Of a stretch of 64,000 nucleotides of DNA, positions 28,503 through 38,236 are shown piece after piece. Every line of letters begins with the position of its first letter. Within the stretch, counting starts at the first letter, position 1. The stretch comes from a virus. The notes beneath the pieces are model-generated. The model saw only the letters and a list, made by a program, of their open reading frames with translations. It searched no databases and was not told the origin of the DNA. The stretch spans positions 32,001 to 96,000 of IMG/VR virus record IMGVR_UViG_3300011113_000784, one strand, 5' to 3'. The translations under genes and the position numbers were made by a program.

Positions 28503-29631
28503 ATTCATTAAAAAAGAAACAAATAGAAAAATATTATTTAACGAGTTATCGTTTAATAAACATATTTTCAATGAGGAAAAAGATTTCCAAAAAAAGCTAT
28601 TTTATCTTTCATTTGGTGAATTCGGTTGTGAAACATTATTGCCATCATTTTTGATTCCAAGAGTTAATAATAATTTCCCTGAATACAGAAAGATAATTGT
28701 CGGATGGAGCAATAGGGAGTATTTTTATCGTGAGTTGTGTGATGAATATTGGGAATTAGACTCTAAGTACATGTCTTTGAAAGATTATTCATATGCTTTT
28801 GAAAGCACTGCTGTTGAAATTTTAAGTATTTATAAAAGACTTAGTCCTCTTGGCGTTGTAATCGATGGCACAAAGATTGGTAAATTGTGTGTTAGGGCTA
28901 AATGTAAAAAATGTGCTTTTGAATTTGAAGTTGATCGTGGAGATATTTATTGTCCAAAATGTTATTCAGATAATATTGAAAAGTCTTTGTTTCAAGGATC
29001 AAAAATTTATAGAAAGTACGCTGTTCCTTTACCACATATTAGCAAAAAATATGAAGATTTTGCCAATAATTATGTTCCAGAAAATACTGTTGCATTGTTT
29101 GCTAGAAATAGAAAAACATATAAAAGGAATTTGACTGTTAATCATTATGAAAAACTGATAAACATGATAACATCTTTAGGTTATAATATTGTTTTGCTTG
29201 GGGAAAATGTTTCTTCTTATAATTTGAAAAATGATAAAATAATTAATTTTATGGATCATCAATTAGCTGGCAATTTGGAAGCTGCTTTTGCAATTGTTAA
29301 TCGTTGTGTTTTTTCTTTGCAATTTTTTACAGCTTCAAGTCGAATTAGTAGTATGTTAGGAAAACCTTTTATTTTATTCGAATCAATTGATCAAATATAT
29401 GGAAGAGGTCAAGAGGGAATGAGATTATCTTTGATGACAAAAAACTATAATAATAAGAAGATAGTATTAGCTAATTTTTTAGATGTTTTTGAAAATACAG
29501 ACGAATCAATTGAATTAGCTAGAAAGGCTATACATGAATTGATCGTAGAGAACAATGCTAATGATTTGTTTTTGCGACCAAGTGCGTATGCCTCTTCAAT
29601 ACAAGAAAGCAGCATGAAAAGATTATGGTAA
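28492..29631 (+). CDS. GT-B / GT9 (heptosyltransferase)-like protein with zinc-ribbon insertion
   Basis: GEFG.E motif, R.....RN, ..LG, S...., and an internal CxxC...CxxC. Confidence 0.45.
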   Translation: MPLKFIKKETNRKILFNELSFNKHIFNEEKDFQKKLFYLSFGEFGCETLLPSFLIPRVNNNFPEYRKIIVGWSNREYFYRELCDEYWELDSKYMSLKDYSYAFESTAVEILSIYKRLSPLGVVIDGTKIGKLCVRAKCKKCAFEFEVDRGDIYCPKCYSDNIEKSLFQGSKIYRKYAVPLPHISKKYEDFANNYVPENTVALFARNRKTYKRNLTVNHYEKLINMITSLGYNIVLLGENVSSYNLKNDKIINFMDHQLAGNLEAAFAIVNRCVFSLQFFTASSRISSMLGKPFILFESIDQIYGRGQEGMRLSLMTKNYNNKKIVLANFLDVFENTDESIELARKAIHELIVENNANDLFLRPSAYASSIQESSMKRLW

Positions 29632-30770
29632 CACAAATTGATATCAAAGAAATTATTGAATCTGCCGCAGTTAGAGGTGATTTCAATAGAGAAAAGTTTG
29701 ATTCTAAAAACATACCTGACAATATGCAAAAAATTATTGTTATGCCAATATTTGGTGACATTAATCATGTGATTGTATTTGCCAATTTTATTTTTCCAAC
29801 TATTAGGAATGACATTAATCTAAAAGATAAATACATTATCATTGTTACTTGGAAGGGATTCTCAAAGTTCTTTGCTGATGCTGATGAAGTATGGTCTATT
29901 AAAAGCAATGAAAACATTGACAGGTTCTATGAGAAAAGCGAAGGATTTTTTAATAAATCTGAAATGTTAAATGTGGTATACAGAAGTCTCAACGAATTTT
30001 TTAGAAATGTAATTGATCCAGCAAAATTCTCCAATCAATTTCATTTTGGATTCAAAAAAGATAACATTAAGAATAAAAATGTTGAAATAATTAAAAATAA
30101 ACTGCCAAATCTTAATTATTTGAATCAAGCAATTCTCAATCAAATCAATAGTCTCGGTGATAAAAAAGTTTTTATAACTCCATTTAAATTCTTACGACAA
30201 TGGAACTTAGGAAAAGTTAATAATTATAAATTGTCTTCAACATTTTATATTAATGTAATTGATTCTTTAATAAAAAGAGATTATAAGTGTGTAGTAATTA
30301 AGAATTATTTAACTTTTGATGTATCAAATAATTATTTGAATAATCCTAATGTTGTTTTTGTGCAAGAAGATGATTGGTTCATGGTGATGGCATACATGCT
30401 TGCAACTAAAATGTATGTTGATTTGTTTTGTGGTTTGAATTCTCTAGCTATTTATTGTGGTTGTCCCAGTGTAACAGTGACTGAGAGGAATATGTATATT
30501 TCATCTAATCATAAAGAGATAGAAATGTGCATGAGTAATAAAATATTTGATCATAAAGTCTTTTCATTTTTTGAGTTAAATTACAATTTACTTGATAAAA
30601 AATTGTTTTTCATAGATAAATTAATTTGTCAAATTGAGGAAGCTAGTTCGAATAAGATTGATTTTGTTGAATCAAGATACAATATTGATCTTAATGCTGC
30701 TGTTGTTGAAAAAACAAAAAAGTTGCAGCCTAGATTTATTGGTTTGAATAAAAAGGTAATTGAGGATTAA
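29625..30770 (+). CDS. GT9-like (possibly degenerate) glycosyltransferase
   Basis: FGDI.H motif and C-terminal G...LA...G.PSV pattern. Confidence 0.4.
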   Translation: MVTQIDIKEIIESAAVRGDFNREKFDSKNIPDNMQKIIVMPIFGDINHVIVFANFIFPTIRNDINLKDKYIIIVTWKGFSKFFADADEVWSIKSNENIDRFYEKSEGFFNKSEMLNVVYRSLNEFFRNVIDPAKFSNQFHFGFKKDNIKNKNVEIIKNKLPNLNYLNQAILNQINSLGDKKVFITPFKFLRQWNLGKVNNYKLSSTFYINVIDSLIKRDYKCVVIKNYLTFDVSNNYLNNPNVVFVQEDDWFMVMAYMLATKMYVDLFCGLNSLAIYCGCPSVTVTERNMYISSNHKEIEMCMSNKIFDHKVFSFFELNYNLLDKKLFFIDKLICQIEEASSNKIDFVESRYNIDLNAAVVEKTKKLQPRFIGLNKKVIED

Positions 30771-30773
30771 AAT

Positions 30774-31049
30774 ATGTCACGCAAGGCTAATGTTAGGGTT
30801 GTTTCAAAAGATAACGGTTATGATGATAACAGAGAGAAATCATTTAAATCTCTTCTTAGTGCATTTCGTCAAGCTGTAAACAAGGCTGGCATTTTGAGAG
30901 AGTATAGGCTTCGTGAATCTTATGAAAGTCCTGCTCAAAGAAGAAGGCGTAAGGAAAGAGAAAAAGAAGCTACTATTCTTAAAAATCAAATGCGTGAGAG
31001 TTTTCCTGTTAAAAAGAAAGAAAAGCCATGTCCGAAAAACAAAAAGTAA
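30774..31049 (+). CDS. rpsU: ribosomal protein bS21
   Basis: F..LL..F+..V.KAGIL.EY+.RE.YE.P...RRRK. Confidence 0.85.
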   Translation: MSRKANVRVVSKDNGYDDNREKSFKSLLSAFRQAVNKAGILREYRLRESYESPAQRRRRKEREKEATILKNQMRESFPVKKKEKPCPKNKK

Positions 31050-31339
31050 TTACTTTTGGCGTACCTGAATCCTTTTACCAAAAGGTAAATGATGCAGCCC
31101 TTTCAAGGGGTCAAAAAATTTCTGACTACATGAAGAAATTTGTTAATGATTATTTCAATGACGACATGACAGTTTCAAGAATTGTTTTGGATGTTCCTAG
31201 GGACAAGCGTGGTGACAAAGCTTATTTGAAAGCTTGGTTCAAACAAAAATCTGATTATTTAGTTGAGCATTTTTATCAACAATATCAAAACGAACAAAGT
31301 CCAAATAATACTCCAACGGCACATGAGGATGTGGGCTAA
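31028..31339 (+). CDS. ribbon-helix-helix DNA-binding protein
   Basis: ITFGVPE...KV...A...G..ISDY. Confidence 0.6.
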   Translation: MSEKQKVITFGVPESFYQKVNDAALSRGQKISDYMKKFVNDYFNDDMTVSRIVLDVPRDKRGDKAYLKAWFKQKSDYLVEHFYQQYQNEQSPNNTPTAHEDVG

Positions 31340-31593
31340 TGCCTCTTAGTTTAGCTCAAGTTTATGATATTTGTTTGGCAACAGATCCAGATGGCAAATG
31401 TTGTCGTTATCTGTCTCAAGATGGTCAAGGTTCTGATTATCATTGTTTAAAAAAATCAAAATTTAAAAAAGAAATAGATGAAGAGACAAGTAGCGGTGTT
31501 TTTAAAGGATTGAAAATTCCACAAGGTGATAATTGCGAAGGTTATCCTATTTTTTCTCATTTAGTTGTAGGATATGACATAAAAAATCCTTGA
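31339..31593 (+). CDS. Cys-rich hypothetical protein
   Basis: C...CRYL...C.K...GDNC.G. Confidence 0.6.
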   Translation: MPLSLAQVYDICLATDPDGKCCRYLSQDGQGSDYHCLKKSKFKKEIDEETSSGVFKGLKIPQGDNCEGYPIFSHLVVGYDIKNP

Positions 31594-31617
31594 CTTCGAA
31601 AATTTTCTTGTTAAACT
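31590..31617 (+). promoter_or_regulatory. sigma70-type promoter
   Basis: TTGACT-16 nt-TAAACT with TGn. Confidence 0.6.
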
Positions 31618-31657
31618 TCGGCAGTTATGAAGCGAATGGATTTGCGAGGGCTTTAGC

Positions 31658-32071
31658 ATGATGCACAGTCTCAAAAATGTGATGGTTATTGATTGCCAAG
31701 ATGATGTGGAATTCTATGCCGAAGGCAATTATTTAGAAGAAATGTTTGACAAAGTTTTTTTAAATTTAAACGATAGCGATGGAATTCCATTAAAAGGAAG
31801 AGCAAAATATAAAAATAATTTCAATGATATTCTTGAAAAGTGTAATATAGAAAATTCTATAGATTTGGTTTACAAACTTTTAAACAAACATGTTTCCAAG
31901 CAAGATGATGGATATTATGTGGATAATGATGAATCGGTTCCTTCTCCTGATGTATTAAAAGTTCTTGAATTTTTAAGTCATTTGCATGACAAGAAGATTC
32001 CTAAAAGATTTGTGGGTGGTTTTTTGATTCTTATGGTCAAATTTGTTTATTTTCCTTTAATTAATGTGTAA
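31658..32071 (+). CDS. hypothetical protein
   Basis: 137-aa ORF, GAGG SD. Confidence 0.6.
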   Translation: MMHSLKNVMVIDCQDDVEFYAEGNYLEEMFDKVFLNLNDSDGIPLKGRAKYKNNFNDILEKCNIENSIDLVYKLLNKHVSKQDDGYYVDNDESVPSPDVLKVLEFLSHLHDKKIPKRFVGGFLILMVKFVYFPLINV

Positions 32072-32080
32072 ATAATTAAT

Positions 32081-32422
32081 ATGGCATGTTTTGAAGAATA
32101 TAATCTTTTGTGGTTGAATTCTGATTTTGCCAGCAAAAAACCTGCAAAAGAACATTCATTTCTTTACAAGTATTTCAAAAATAAAATTCAAAAATTAGCA
32201 ATGGAGTATTTTTATGTGATGGGGGAAGAAAATATATACCATTTTCAAGATCATACAGGATACAAAGTTTCCCCATCTTTTTTATGCAAGCAATATTTTA
32301 AATTTAAAAGTTTAATGGGCATATATAATAAAGCAAAGAAAAACTTTGACTTTGAAGTTCTGCGTGATTTAGATCAAGGCAGAATCAAAATTAAAGATTT
32401 AGGAGAAAAAAATGCTAATTAA
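32081..32422 (+). CDS. hypothetical protein
   Basis: 113-aa ORF. Confidence 0.6.
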   Translation: MACFEEYNLLWLNSDFASKKPAKEHSFLYKYFKNKIQKLAMEYFYVMGEENIYHFQDHTGYKVSPSFLCKQYFKFKSLMGIYNKAKKNFDFEVLRDLDQGRIKIKDLGEKNAN

Positions 32423-32633
32423 GTATACTGATTGGCGAAAAATGCACGAATCATCACCAATGACCCGACAAAGGCTTGGCTGGGGCAGGATGGGTACTTA
32501 TCCGCTTAGAGCCGATTTCATGTCTCATAGCACTCCACCACCAGACATTATGAATAAATTAATAGATACTTTTGGGACTACAGACGGTAAAATTAAACCA
32601 AAGCACAAGAAACATAGGAAGAAACATGGTTAA
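32412..32633 (+). CDS. small putative internal head protein
   Basis: KYTDWRKMHE CTS-like start, basic tail, AGGAG SD. Confidence 0.55.
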   Translation: MLIKYTDWRKMHESSPMTRQRLGWGRMGTYPLRADFMSHSTPPPDIMNKLIDTFGTTDGKIKPKHKKHRKKHG

Positions 32634-33396
32634 TTGCAGGTATTTATCCAATTCGTTGACATCAACAAGCTGTGGTTGCAACACCGCAATCGCAGAAATG
32701 CCTATTTATGTTGTAAAACAACATAGCACATACCCTCCATTTAAAGTTGATGTTACAGATTGCAACGGTGAACCTTATGATTTGAAAGATTTAGTCGTTG
32801 AAGCTGCTATGTGGACAAATGCTAAATTAAAGACGGCATTAACAATTACAGATAATTTAATCAGATTTGCTGACAATATTGGTTATGATAGTGTTGGTCC
32901 TAATTCGATTCTTCATGTTTCAAATGGTAGAGATTTTGAAAGAATGTCAATTGTTGGATTTGACGATGTTAATAAAGTCATTCAGGTAAACAGAGGCGCT
33001 TGCTCAACTACTGTTCGTCCTTGGGCAAAAGGATCTTCTGTAAGAATATTAAGATTTTTCAATTCTCCAGCTTCTTCTGAGCTTACTTACTACGATAGAG
33101 AAAATATTGACGGAACAACAACGCAAAATGTTTTACAAAGAAGCACACTCATTTATGAATGGCAACCTGAAGATGTTTGTTTCATTGGCAAATATTACTT
33201 TGAGTTTAAAGTTTTGAAAATGAATTTGTTGGTTAATTTGAACGCTTATGATCCTGCGACTGTCAGTATCACACCAGTTAGCCAAATTGATTATCATTGT
33301 GATCTGGGTCTTGGTGTTGAATGGGCAAGAAGATTCCCAAATGATAAAGAAGGCTTTGTAATTGAAGTTACCAGTAGTCCAACAGCGGAGTGTTAA
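32626..33396 (+). CDS. putative structural (baseplate/BppU-like) protein
   Basis: K...T.P.....D..G.P.DL...YEW...D...G.Y..EF.V...FP pattern. Confidence 0.5.
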   Translation: MVNCRYLSNSLTSTSCGCNTAIAEMPIYVVKQHSTYPPFKVDVTDCNGEPYDLKDLVVEAAMWTNAKLKTALTITDNLIRFADNIGYDSVGPNSILHVSNGRDFERMSIVGFDDVNKVIQVNRGACSTTVRPWAKGSSVRILRFFNSPASSELTYYDRENIDGTTTQNVLQRSTLIYEWQPEDVCFIGKYYFEFKVLKMNLLVNLNAYDPATVSITPVSQIDYHCDLGLGVEWARRFPNDKEGFVIEVTSSPTAEC

Positions 33397-33399
33397 ATT

Positions 33400-33933
33400 T
33401 TGGTAGATATCAATCGTTTGCGTGTTAATTTTCATATTCGCATCCCACAAGTGAGAGTAATGCAAAATGGAGATCAGCTAGGCATTATGCCTACAGAAAA
33501 AGCTAGAAATTTAGCTTTTGATCAAGGATTAGATTTGGTTGAAATGGTGCCAAATGCTCATCCTCCAGTTTGTCATATTCTTGACTATTCCAAGTACAAA
33601 TATGAACAAAAGGTAAAGCATAAAGAGCATATGAAAAAACAGCGTGAGATGGTTCAAGCTGTTAAAGAAATAAGACTTTCTCCAGCAATTGGTCAACATG
33701 ATCTTGATATTAAAATCAAACATATTGTTGAATTTTTGCATGATGATAAAAAAGTGCAAATTTTTATGAAGTTTAGATCTAGGGAAATGCAACACAAGGA
33801 TGTTGGATTTGAAAAAATTAATCAGATCTTAGAAAAATGCAAAGAAGTGGCATCAATAGAACTTCATCCTAAATTTGAAGGATCAAAATTAATTTGTCGA
33901 TTAGCTCCTCAAAAAACAAAAGTTTCAAACTAA
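33400..33933 (+). CDS. infC: translation initiation factor IF3
   Basis: RVN..I..PQVRV...G.QLG.....A...A...GLDLVE..P.A.PPVC.I.DY.KYKYE, KEIRLSP.I..HD..K, FR.RE; start is TTG 33400 or ATT 33397. Confidence 0.95.
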   Translation: MVDINRLRVNFHIRIPQVRVMQNGDQLGIMPTEKARNLAFDQGLDLVEMVPNAHPPVCHILDYSKYKYEQKVKHKEHMKKQREMVQAVKEIRLSPAIGQHDLDIKIKHIVEFLHDDKKVQIFMKFRSREMQHKDVGFEKINQILEKCKEVASIELHPKFEGSKLICRLAPQKTKVSN

Positions 33934-33986
33934 TTTAAATTACATTGTGTTTCTAAGGGCAATGTAATAAACAGAGGATTATAAAA

Positions 33987-34301
33987 ATGAGTGAATTCGG
34001 TAAGGTAGTTGACTGTAAGCCTTGTGGTAATCAGGTTTTGATTGAGCTTTTAACTACTCAAGAAATGGCAAACACCAAGCTTATTCTTAACAATACGAAT
34101 AAGAAGCTTGGCGCAGAATTTCAAGCGATTGTGCTAGCAGTTGGTCCACAAGTAAATTTTGAATCTTTTGGTTTCAAGGTTGGTGATCGTGTTGTCATTT
34201 CTGGCAACGCTGTTCCTGCACCAGAATATGGACCAGATTCAGATCGTGAGAAGGTTCTTATCGATCCATATGCTATTAAAGCTGTAGTGGTTTGTAAGTA
34301 A
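33987..34301 (+). CDS. groES: co-chaperonin GroES-like protein
   Basis: KP.G..VL.E, VLAVGP, KVGDRV, I.AV. Confidence 0.8.
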   Translation: MSEFGKVVDCKPCGNQVLIELLTTQEMANTKLILNNTNKKLGAEFQAIVLAVGPQVNFESFGFKVGDRVVISGNAVPAPEYGPDSDREKVLIDPYAIKAVVVCK

Positions 34302-34740
34302 CTTTTTTGATTTTGTACATAGGGCGTAGGTAATCTGGACCTATAAATGACGATTCTATATCAATTATATTTGACGCACTCAAGCTGAAGTCTTTTCCTA
34401 AACGCTGGAAAACGACCTTCAGCTTGGTGAATTTAGGGACCAAGGGTGTTTCACCTTTTATTGTACGATATTGTGTTGGGCTAAAAAACAATTTGGTCCC
34501 ATCTTCTAATTCAACTTCAATGATTTTCGTTTTGTCAGATAATCTTTTTACTATGCCTTCTCTTGAAACAGTTGGTATATCGAATATTCCATTATTAATT
34601 GCCATGTCAATATCTGGAAGATGATTTGGATGACCAGTATAACCTAAAGTAGAAATAGCTTGTGATCCGGTGTCGCTACTTGTAACCATAGCACCGGGAA
34701 ATATCGACATGCTTTCTATAAATTTTTTAAAACCAATCAT
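34276..34740 (-). CDS. putative internal head protein
   Basis: MIGFKKFIE CTS-like start. Confidence 0.55.
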   Translation of the reverse strand: MIGFKKFIESMSIFPGAMVTSSDTGSQAISTLGYTGHPNHLPDIDMAINNGIFDIPTVSREGIVKRLSDKTKIIEVELEDGTKLFFSPTQYRTIKGETPLVPKFTKLKVVFQRLGKDFSLSASNIIDIESSFIGPDYLRPMYKIKKVTYKPLQL

Positions 34741-34785
34741 TTTTCACCCTATATTAATATGTATGTAAAATTATAAGGATTTTAT

Positions 34786-35178
34786 ATGGGAATTGAAAAC
34801 AACAAAGTGGATTTGCAAGCAAAACCAAAAAAATCAATGATGTCTGATAGAAATTATCTCATTAGAAATCAACCGAAACCTAAATATTTAACACATGATA
34901 TTGTGGCAAAATTTGTAAAAGATAATATTGTTGAAGAAGATATTAAACAAAAATTGCTTGAAAAATTGAAAAAATGCCCTGATGGCGCTTTACAAAACTT
35001 TATTGATAATATTGATAAAAAGATCGAAATTATTTTACAACAAATGGCTCCTAAAAATGATAAACAAAACTTGCAGAATAATTCGCAAGAGATTACAATT
35101 GAAGACATGATTTCTATGAGGAACAGGCTTTCAGAAGAGTCTATCAAGGAGTTTGAAAATGAACAGCCTCAAGGTTGA
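34786..35178 (+). CDS. hypothetical protein
   Basis: 130-aa ORF, AAGGA SD. Confidence 0.6.
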   Translation: MGIENNKVDLQAKPKKSMMSDRNYLIRNQPKPKYLTHDIVAKFVKDNIVEEDIKQKLLEKLKKCPDGALQNFIDNIDKKIEIILQQMAPKNDKQNLQNNSQEITIEDMISMRNRLSEESIKEFENEQPQG

Positions 35179-35602
35179 AATAGTTTGCGAAGATAATGAA
35201 TTCATGCCAGTAAGATCAACCGCAGGGGCTCTTGGTCTTGATTTAAAAGCAAAGCTTGATTCGGATGAAATTCTTTTAAATCCATTAGAAACCACTAAAA
35301 TCAAAGCTGGTTTTTCAATTGGCATTCCAGATGGTTATCATGCCAAAATTGTTTCCAGAAGCGGCATGTCAAGCAAAGGAATTATCGTTACCAATGCACC
35401 GGGGATTATTGACTCCGACTACTCTGGTGAAATTTGCATACTTTTAACAAATATTGGCAAGCAACCTTTTAAATTAGAAAACAAGACAAGAGTAGCGCAA
35501 ATGTTTGTAGAAAAAAATATTGATATTGAATTTGTGCATGTAAACAAGTTAAAAGAAACAGAGCGGGGCGCAGGAGGATTTGGTTCTACCGGAATGAAAT
35601 AA
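35153..35602 (+). CDS. dut: trimeric dUTPase
   Basis: GLDL, RSG, NAPGIIDSDYSGEI, RVAQ, RGAGGFGSTG. Confidence 0.95.
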   Translation: MKMNSLKVEIVCEDNEFMPVRSTAGALGLDLKAKLDSDEILLNPLETTKIKAGFSIGIPDGYHAKIVSRSGMSSKGIIVTNAPGIIDSDYSGEICILLTNIGKQPFKLENKTRVAQMFVEKNIDIEFVHVNKLKETERGAGGFGSTGMK

Positions 35603-35698
35603 TTTATAGTCTTATAGAAAAAAACAATGTTAATTATACTAATGTAAATTAGAAAGAAACATGTCCTCAGATGACATGGATCAACCGGGGTTAGATAA

Positions 35699-35908
35699 TT
35701 GAAAGCTTATATTGTTGTTAGTGTGGCAATGGAAATTGAAGGCAGGCTTACTGCCGTAAAACTTGAAAAAGGTTTCACAACTTCTGAAGCAGCACAAAAG
35801 TATATGGATAGTGTCCCTAAGACTTTCCCCGACCAAATTAAAACAGGCACTTCTACAATTAGTTGTTGGTGCGAACGGAATGTTCAAGAATTAGAAATCG
35901 AGGGATAA
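35699..35908 (+). CDS. hypothetical protein
   Basis: 69-aa ORF, TTG start. Confidence 0.55.
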   Translation: MKAYIVVSVAMEIEGRLTAVKLEKGFTTSEAAQKYMDSVPKTFPDQIKTGTSTISCWCERNVQELEIEG

Positions 35909-35909
35909 T

Positions 35910-36638
35910 ATGCAAGCGAATGTTGCTGAAGTCAAGAATGAGATTAAGATTGATTTAGCTAAAGCAAATGTTCAAGACTCTGTGTCGGTTGTAATCGTTC
36001 ACAAAGACAAACCAGAATATTTGAATATTGCTTTGCAATCAATTGCAGTTAATTCTATCAACAATAATTATGAAATTATTGTTGTTGATAATGCAAGTGG
36101 ATCTGATACACAAGCATTTCTAGATGATCTTGAAAAGGACATCAAGATAGTTCGATCAGACAAGAATCTTTATTTTAGCGCAGCAGCTAATCTTGGGTTT
36201 CGTCATGCTGACAAGAATAGCAAGTATATTCTTTTCTTGCATCATGATATTGTTGTACTTAATCCAGCTTGGATTGATTTGATTATCAATGTTGCTGAAG
36301 CAAATAAGAGCGGATTTGTTGGTGTTGAAGCTGGATCATATTTTATCGGAAATCAAAAAGCAGAATTTGTGCAAGAATGGTGTGTTTTATTATCAAGGCA
36401 ATGTTTTGAAAAGATTCATGGTTTCCCAGAGCAGCTGCCTTTGGTTGGTAATGCTTTTATTGCAACTCTTAAAGCGCAGCAAGAAGGATTTAAGCCACAA
36501 GTGATGAAGAACAATATTATTCACCATTACAAGAACTTCGCAATTGATGTTAATACATTTGAAAAGCTTTCAGAGGAAGCAATGGCTCTATTGCCAAAGA
36601 TTGTGAGTCAAACACAAAGCAGATCAGTTACCAATTAG
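35910..36638 (+). CDS. GT2-family glycosyltransferase-like protein
   Basis: VSVVI, EIIVVDNAS, N..F..A.N.G, FLHHD. Confidence 0.8.
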   Translation: MQANVAEVKNEIKIDLAKANVQDSVSVVIVHKDKPEYLNIALQSIAVNSINNNYEIIVVDNASGSDTQAFLDDLEKDIKIVRSDKNLYFSAAANLGFRHADKNSKYILFLHHDIVVLNPAWIDLIINVAEANKSGFVGVEAGSYFIGNQKAEFVQEWCVLLSRQCFEKIHGFPEQLPLVGNAFIATLKAQQEGFKPQVMKNNIIHHYKNFAIDVNTFEKLSEEAMALLPKIVSQTQSRSVTN

Positions 36639-36646
36639 GAGATATC

Positions 36647-37102
36647 ATGAAAGTTAGTGAATTTTTTAAGTCACTTGATTCTATTTCAGATGATTGTAAT
36701 ATCTTGTTTAAGTCTCCAGATTGCAAGTTACTTCCGTTTCATTTTCATATAACTGAAGCAGCTACTGTCAACAAGAAGTTTGTTGATTGTGGAGGAACTG
36801 AGCGAGAAGAAAATTACGCATCAATTCAGTTGTGGACTGCAAATGATTATAACCACAGAATCACAACAGGAAAACTTAGGAAAATTATTCTCAATCATTT
36901 ATTAGAAAACAATCAAGATATGGAAATTTTTCTTGAATGCGATGAAACAAGTCTGACTACTTATACAATTGAAAGCTCTGAAGTAATTGGAACTACGATT
37001 ATTTATGCTTTGGGCAAAAAAACCACACAGTGTCTTGCACCAGATCAATGCGGGGTTAAAGAAACGCCTAAAAAATCTTGTTGTAAAGGTAAATGTTGTT
37101 AA
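36647..37102 (+). CDS. DUF6428-like protein
   Basis: HFHITE...FVDCGG..R....IQLW...D..HR...T.CLA.D.C...CC. Confidence 0.7.
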   Translation: MKVSEFFKSLDSISDDCNILFKSPDCKLLPFHFHITEAATVNKKFVDCGGTEREENYASIQLWTANDYNHRITTGKLRKIILNHLLENNQDMEIFLECDETSLTTYTIESSEVIGTTIIYALGKKTTQCLAPDQCGVKETPKKSCCKGKCC

Positions 37103-37533
37103 GCAAGATTCTTAATAAAAGCGGTTAATTTTGGCTGACTGTATGTTTTTACATGATGGTTTGCATAAACAGACGCAAAAAACATACAAAATAACTCTTC
37201 TTCATTCATTTTGGGCTTGTTCTTGTATAAAGGAGCAAGCCTTTTCCATTCTTTTTTTTGGTCCTCTGTAATTAGTTTTTCCCAAATAAGATGAGCTACT
37301 TCGTGCAAAAATGTAAATTCTCTTCCATAGTTCCAAGGTGCTGCCACTTCAATATCAAATTTGTGTATAACTCCGATATGGTCTTTATCGCCATTTAATG
37401 TGTTTTTACAAGTTAATTTTATATTGAAATTCTTTAATAATTTTTGATATTTTTCGGGCAATTTTGCAATTGTTTTTTGGAGGTTTTTTTCCTCCTCACT
37501 TTTTTGTTCTACGAACTGAATAAAACTTCTCAT
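37099..37533 (-). CDS. HExxH zinc metallopeptidase-like protein with CTS-like N-terminus
   Basis: MRSFIQFVE start; FTFLHEVAH and EE.FC motifs. Confidence 0.65.
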   Translation of the reverse strand: MRSFIQFVEQKSEEEKNLQKTIAKLPEKYQKLLKNFNIKLTCKNTLNGDKDHIGVIHKFDIEVAAPWNYGREFTFLHEVAHLIWEKLITEDQKKEWKRLAPLYKNKPKMNEEELFCMFFASVYANHHVKTYSQPKLTAFIKNLA

Positions 37534-37548
37534 GCCCTATATATGGTT

Positions 37549-38235
37549 ATGAAAAGAAGAAAAAAAACCAAGGCTGAAGAAATTCAGAAACCAGTTCATG
37601 CCTCTCAGAAGGCAAAATCCGTTTTTCATATTGAGTTTTTAAATCCCGTACAGAAAAAATGTTGGGAAACCATAGAAAACAATGATATTGTTTTTCTTCT
37701 TGGCAGTGCTGGTAGCGGCAAGACATTTTTATCCACGGCATACGCTGTTTTTAGTTTGTTGAAAAAACAAGTTCAAAAAATTATGATTACTCGTCCAACT
37801 GTTGAAGCTGGCGCAAGTATTGGTTTTTTACCCGGTGGCGCAGACGAAAAACTTCATCCTTACATGCTACCAATTTATGACACTTTGGATGATTTGATTG
37901 GCAGAGATGGTACACAGCGTAATTTTGTTAGTAAATCTTTAGAAGTTGCTCCTATAGGTTATTTAAGGGGTCGCACGGTAAAAAATGCAGTATTTTTGCT
38001 AGATGAAGCACAAAACTGTACTTACACACAAATTAAATTGTTTTTGACTAGAATTGGTCAAAACGGCAAGTTGATTATCACGGGCGACCCCAAGCAATCT
38101 GATTTGCCCGGAAGAATTGCTTTACTTGAAATTGTGGATAAACTCAAAGATGTAAAAGGAATAGGCATTGTTGATTTGCCAGATTCTTCAATTGTAAGGC
38201 ATCCTTTGATAGCTTCAATAGTTGAAAGAATATGA
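37549..38235 (+). CDS. phoH: PhoH-family ATPase
   Basis: GSAGSGKT, TRP.VEAG..IGFLPG, YLRGRT, DEAQN, TRIG, GD..QSD, VRH. Confidence 0.95.
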   Translation: MKRRKKTKAEEIQKPVHASQKAKSVFHIEFLNPVQKKCWETIENNDIVFLLGSAGSGKTFLSTAYAVFSLLKKQVQKIMITRPTVEAGASIGFLPGGADEKLHPYMLPIYDTLDDLIGRDGTQRNFVSKSLEVAPIGYLRGRTVKNAVFLLDEAQNCTYTQIKLFLTRIGQNGKLIITGDPKQSDLPGRIALLEIVDKLKDVKGIGIVDLPDSSIVRHPLIASIVERI

Positions 38236-38236
38236 A

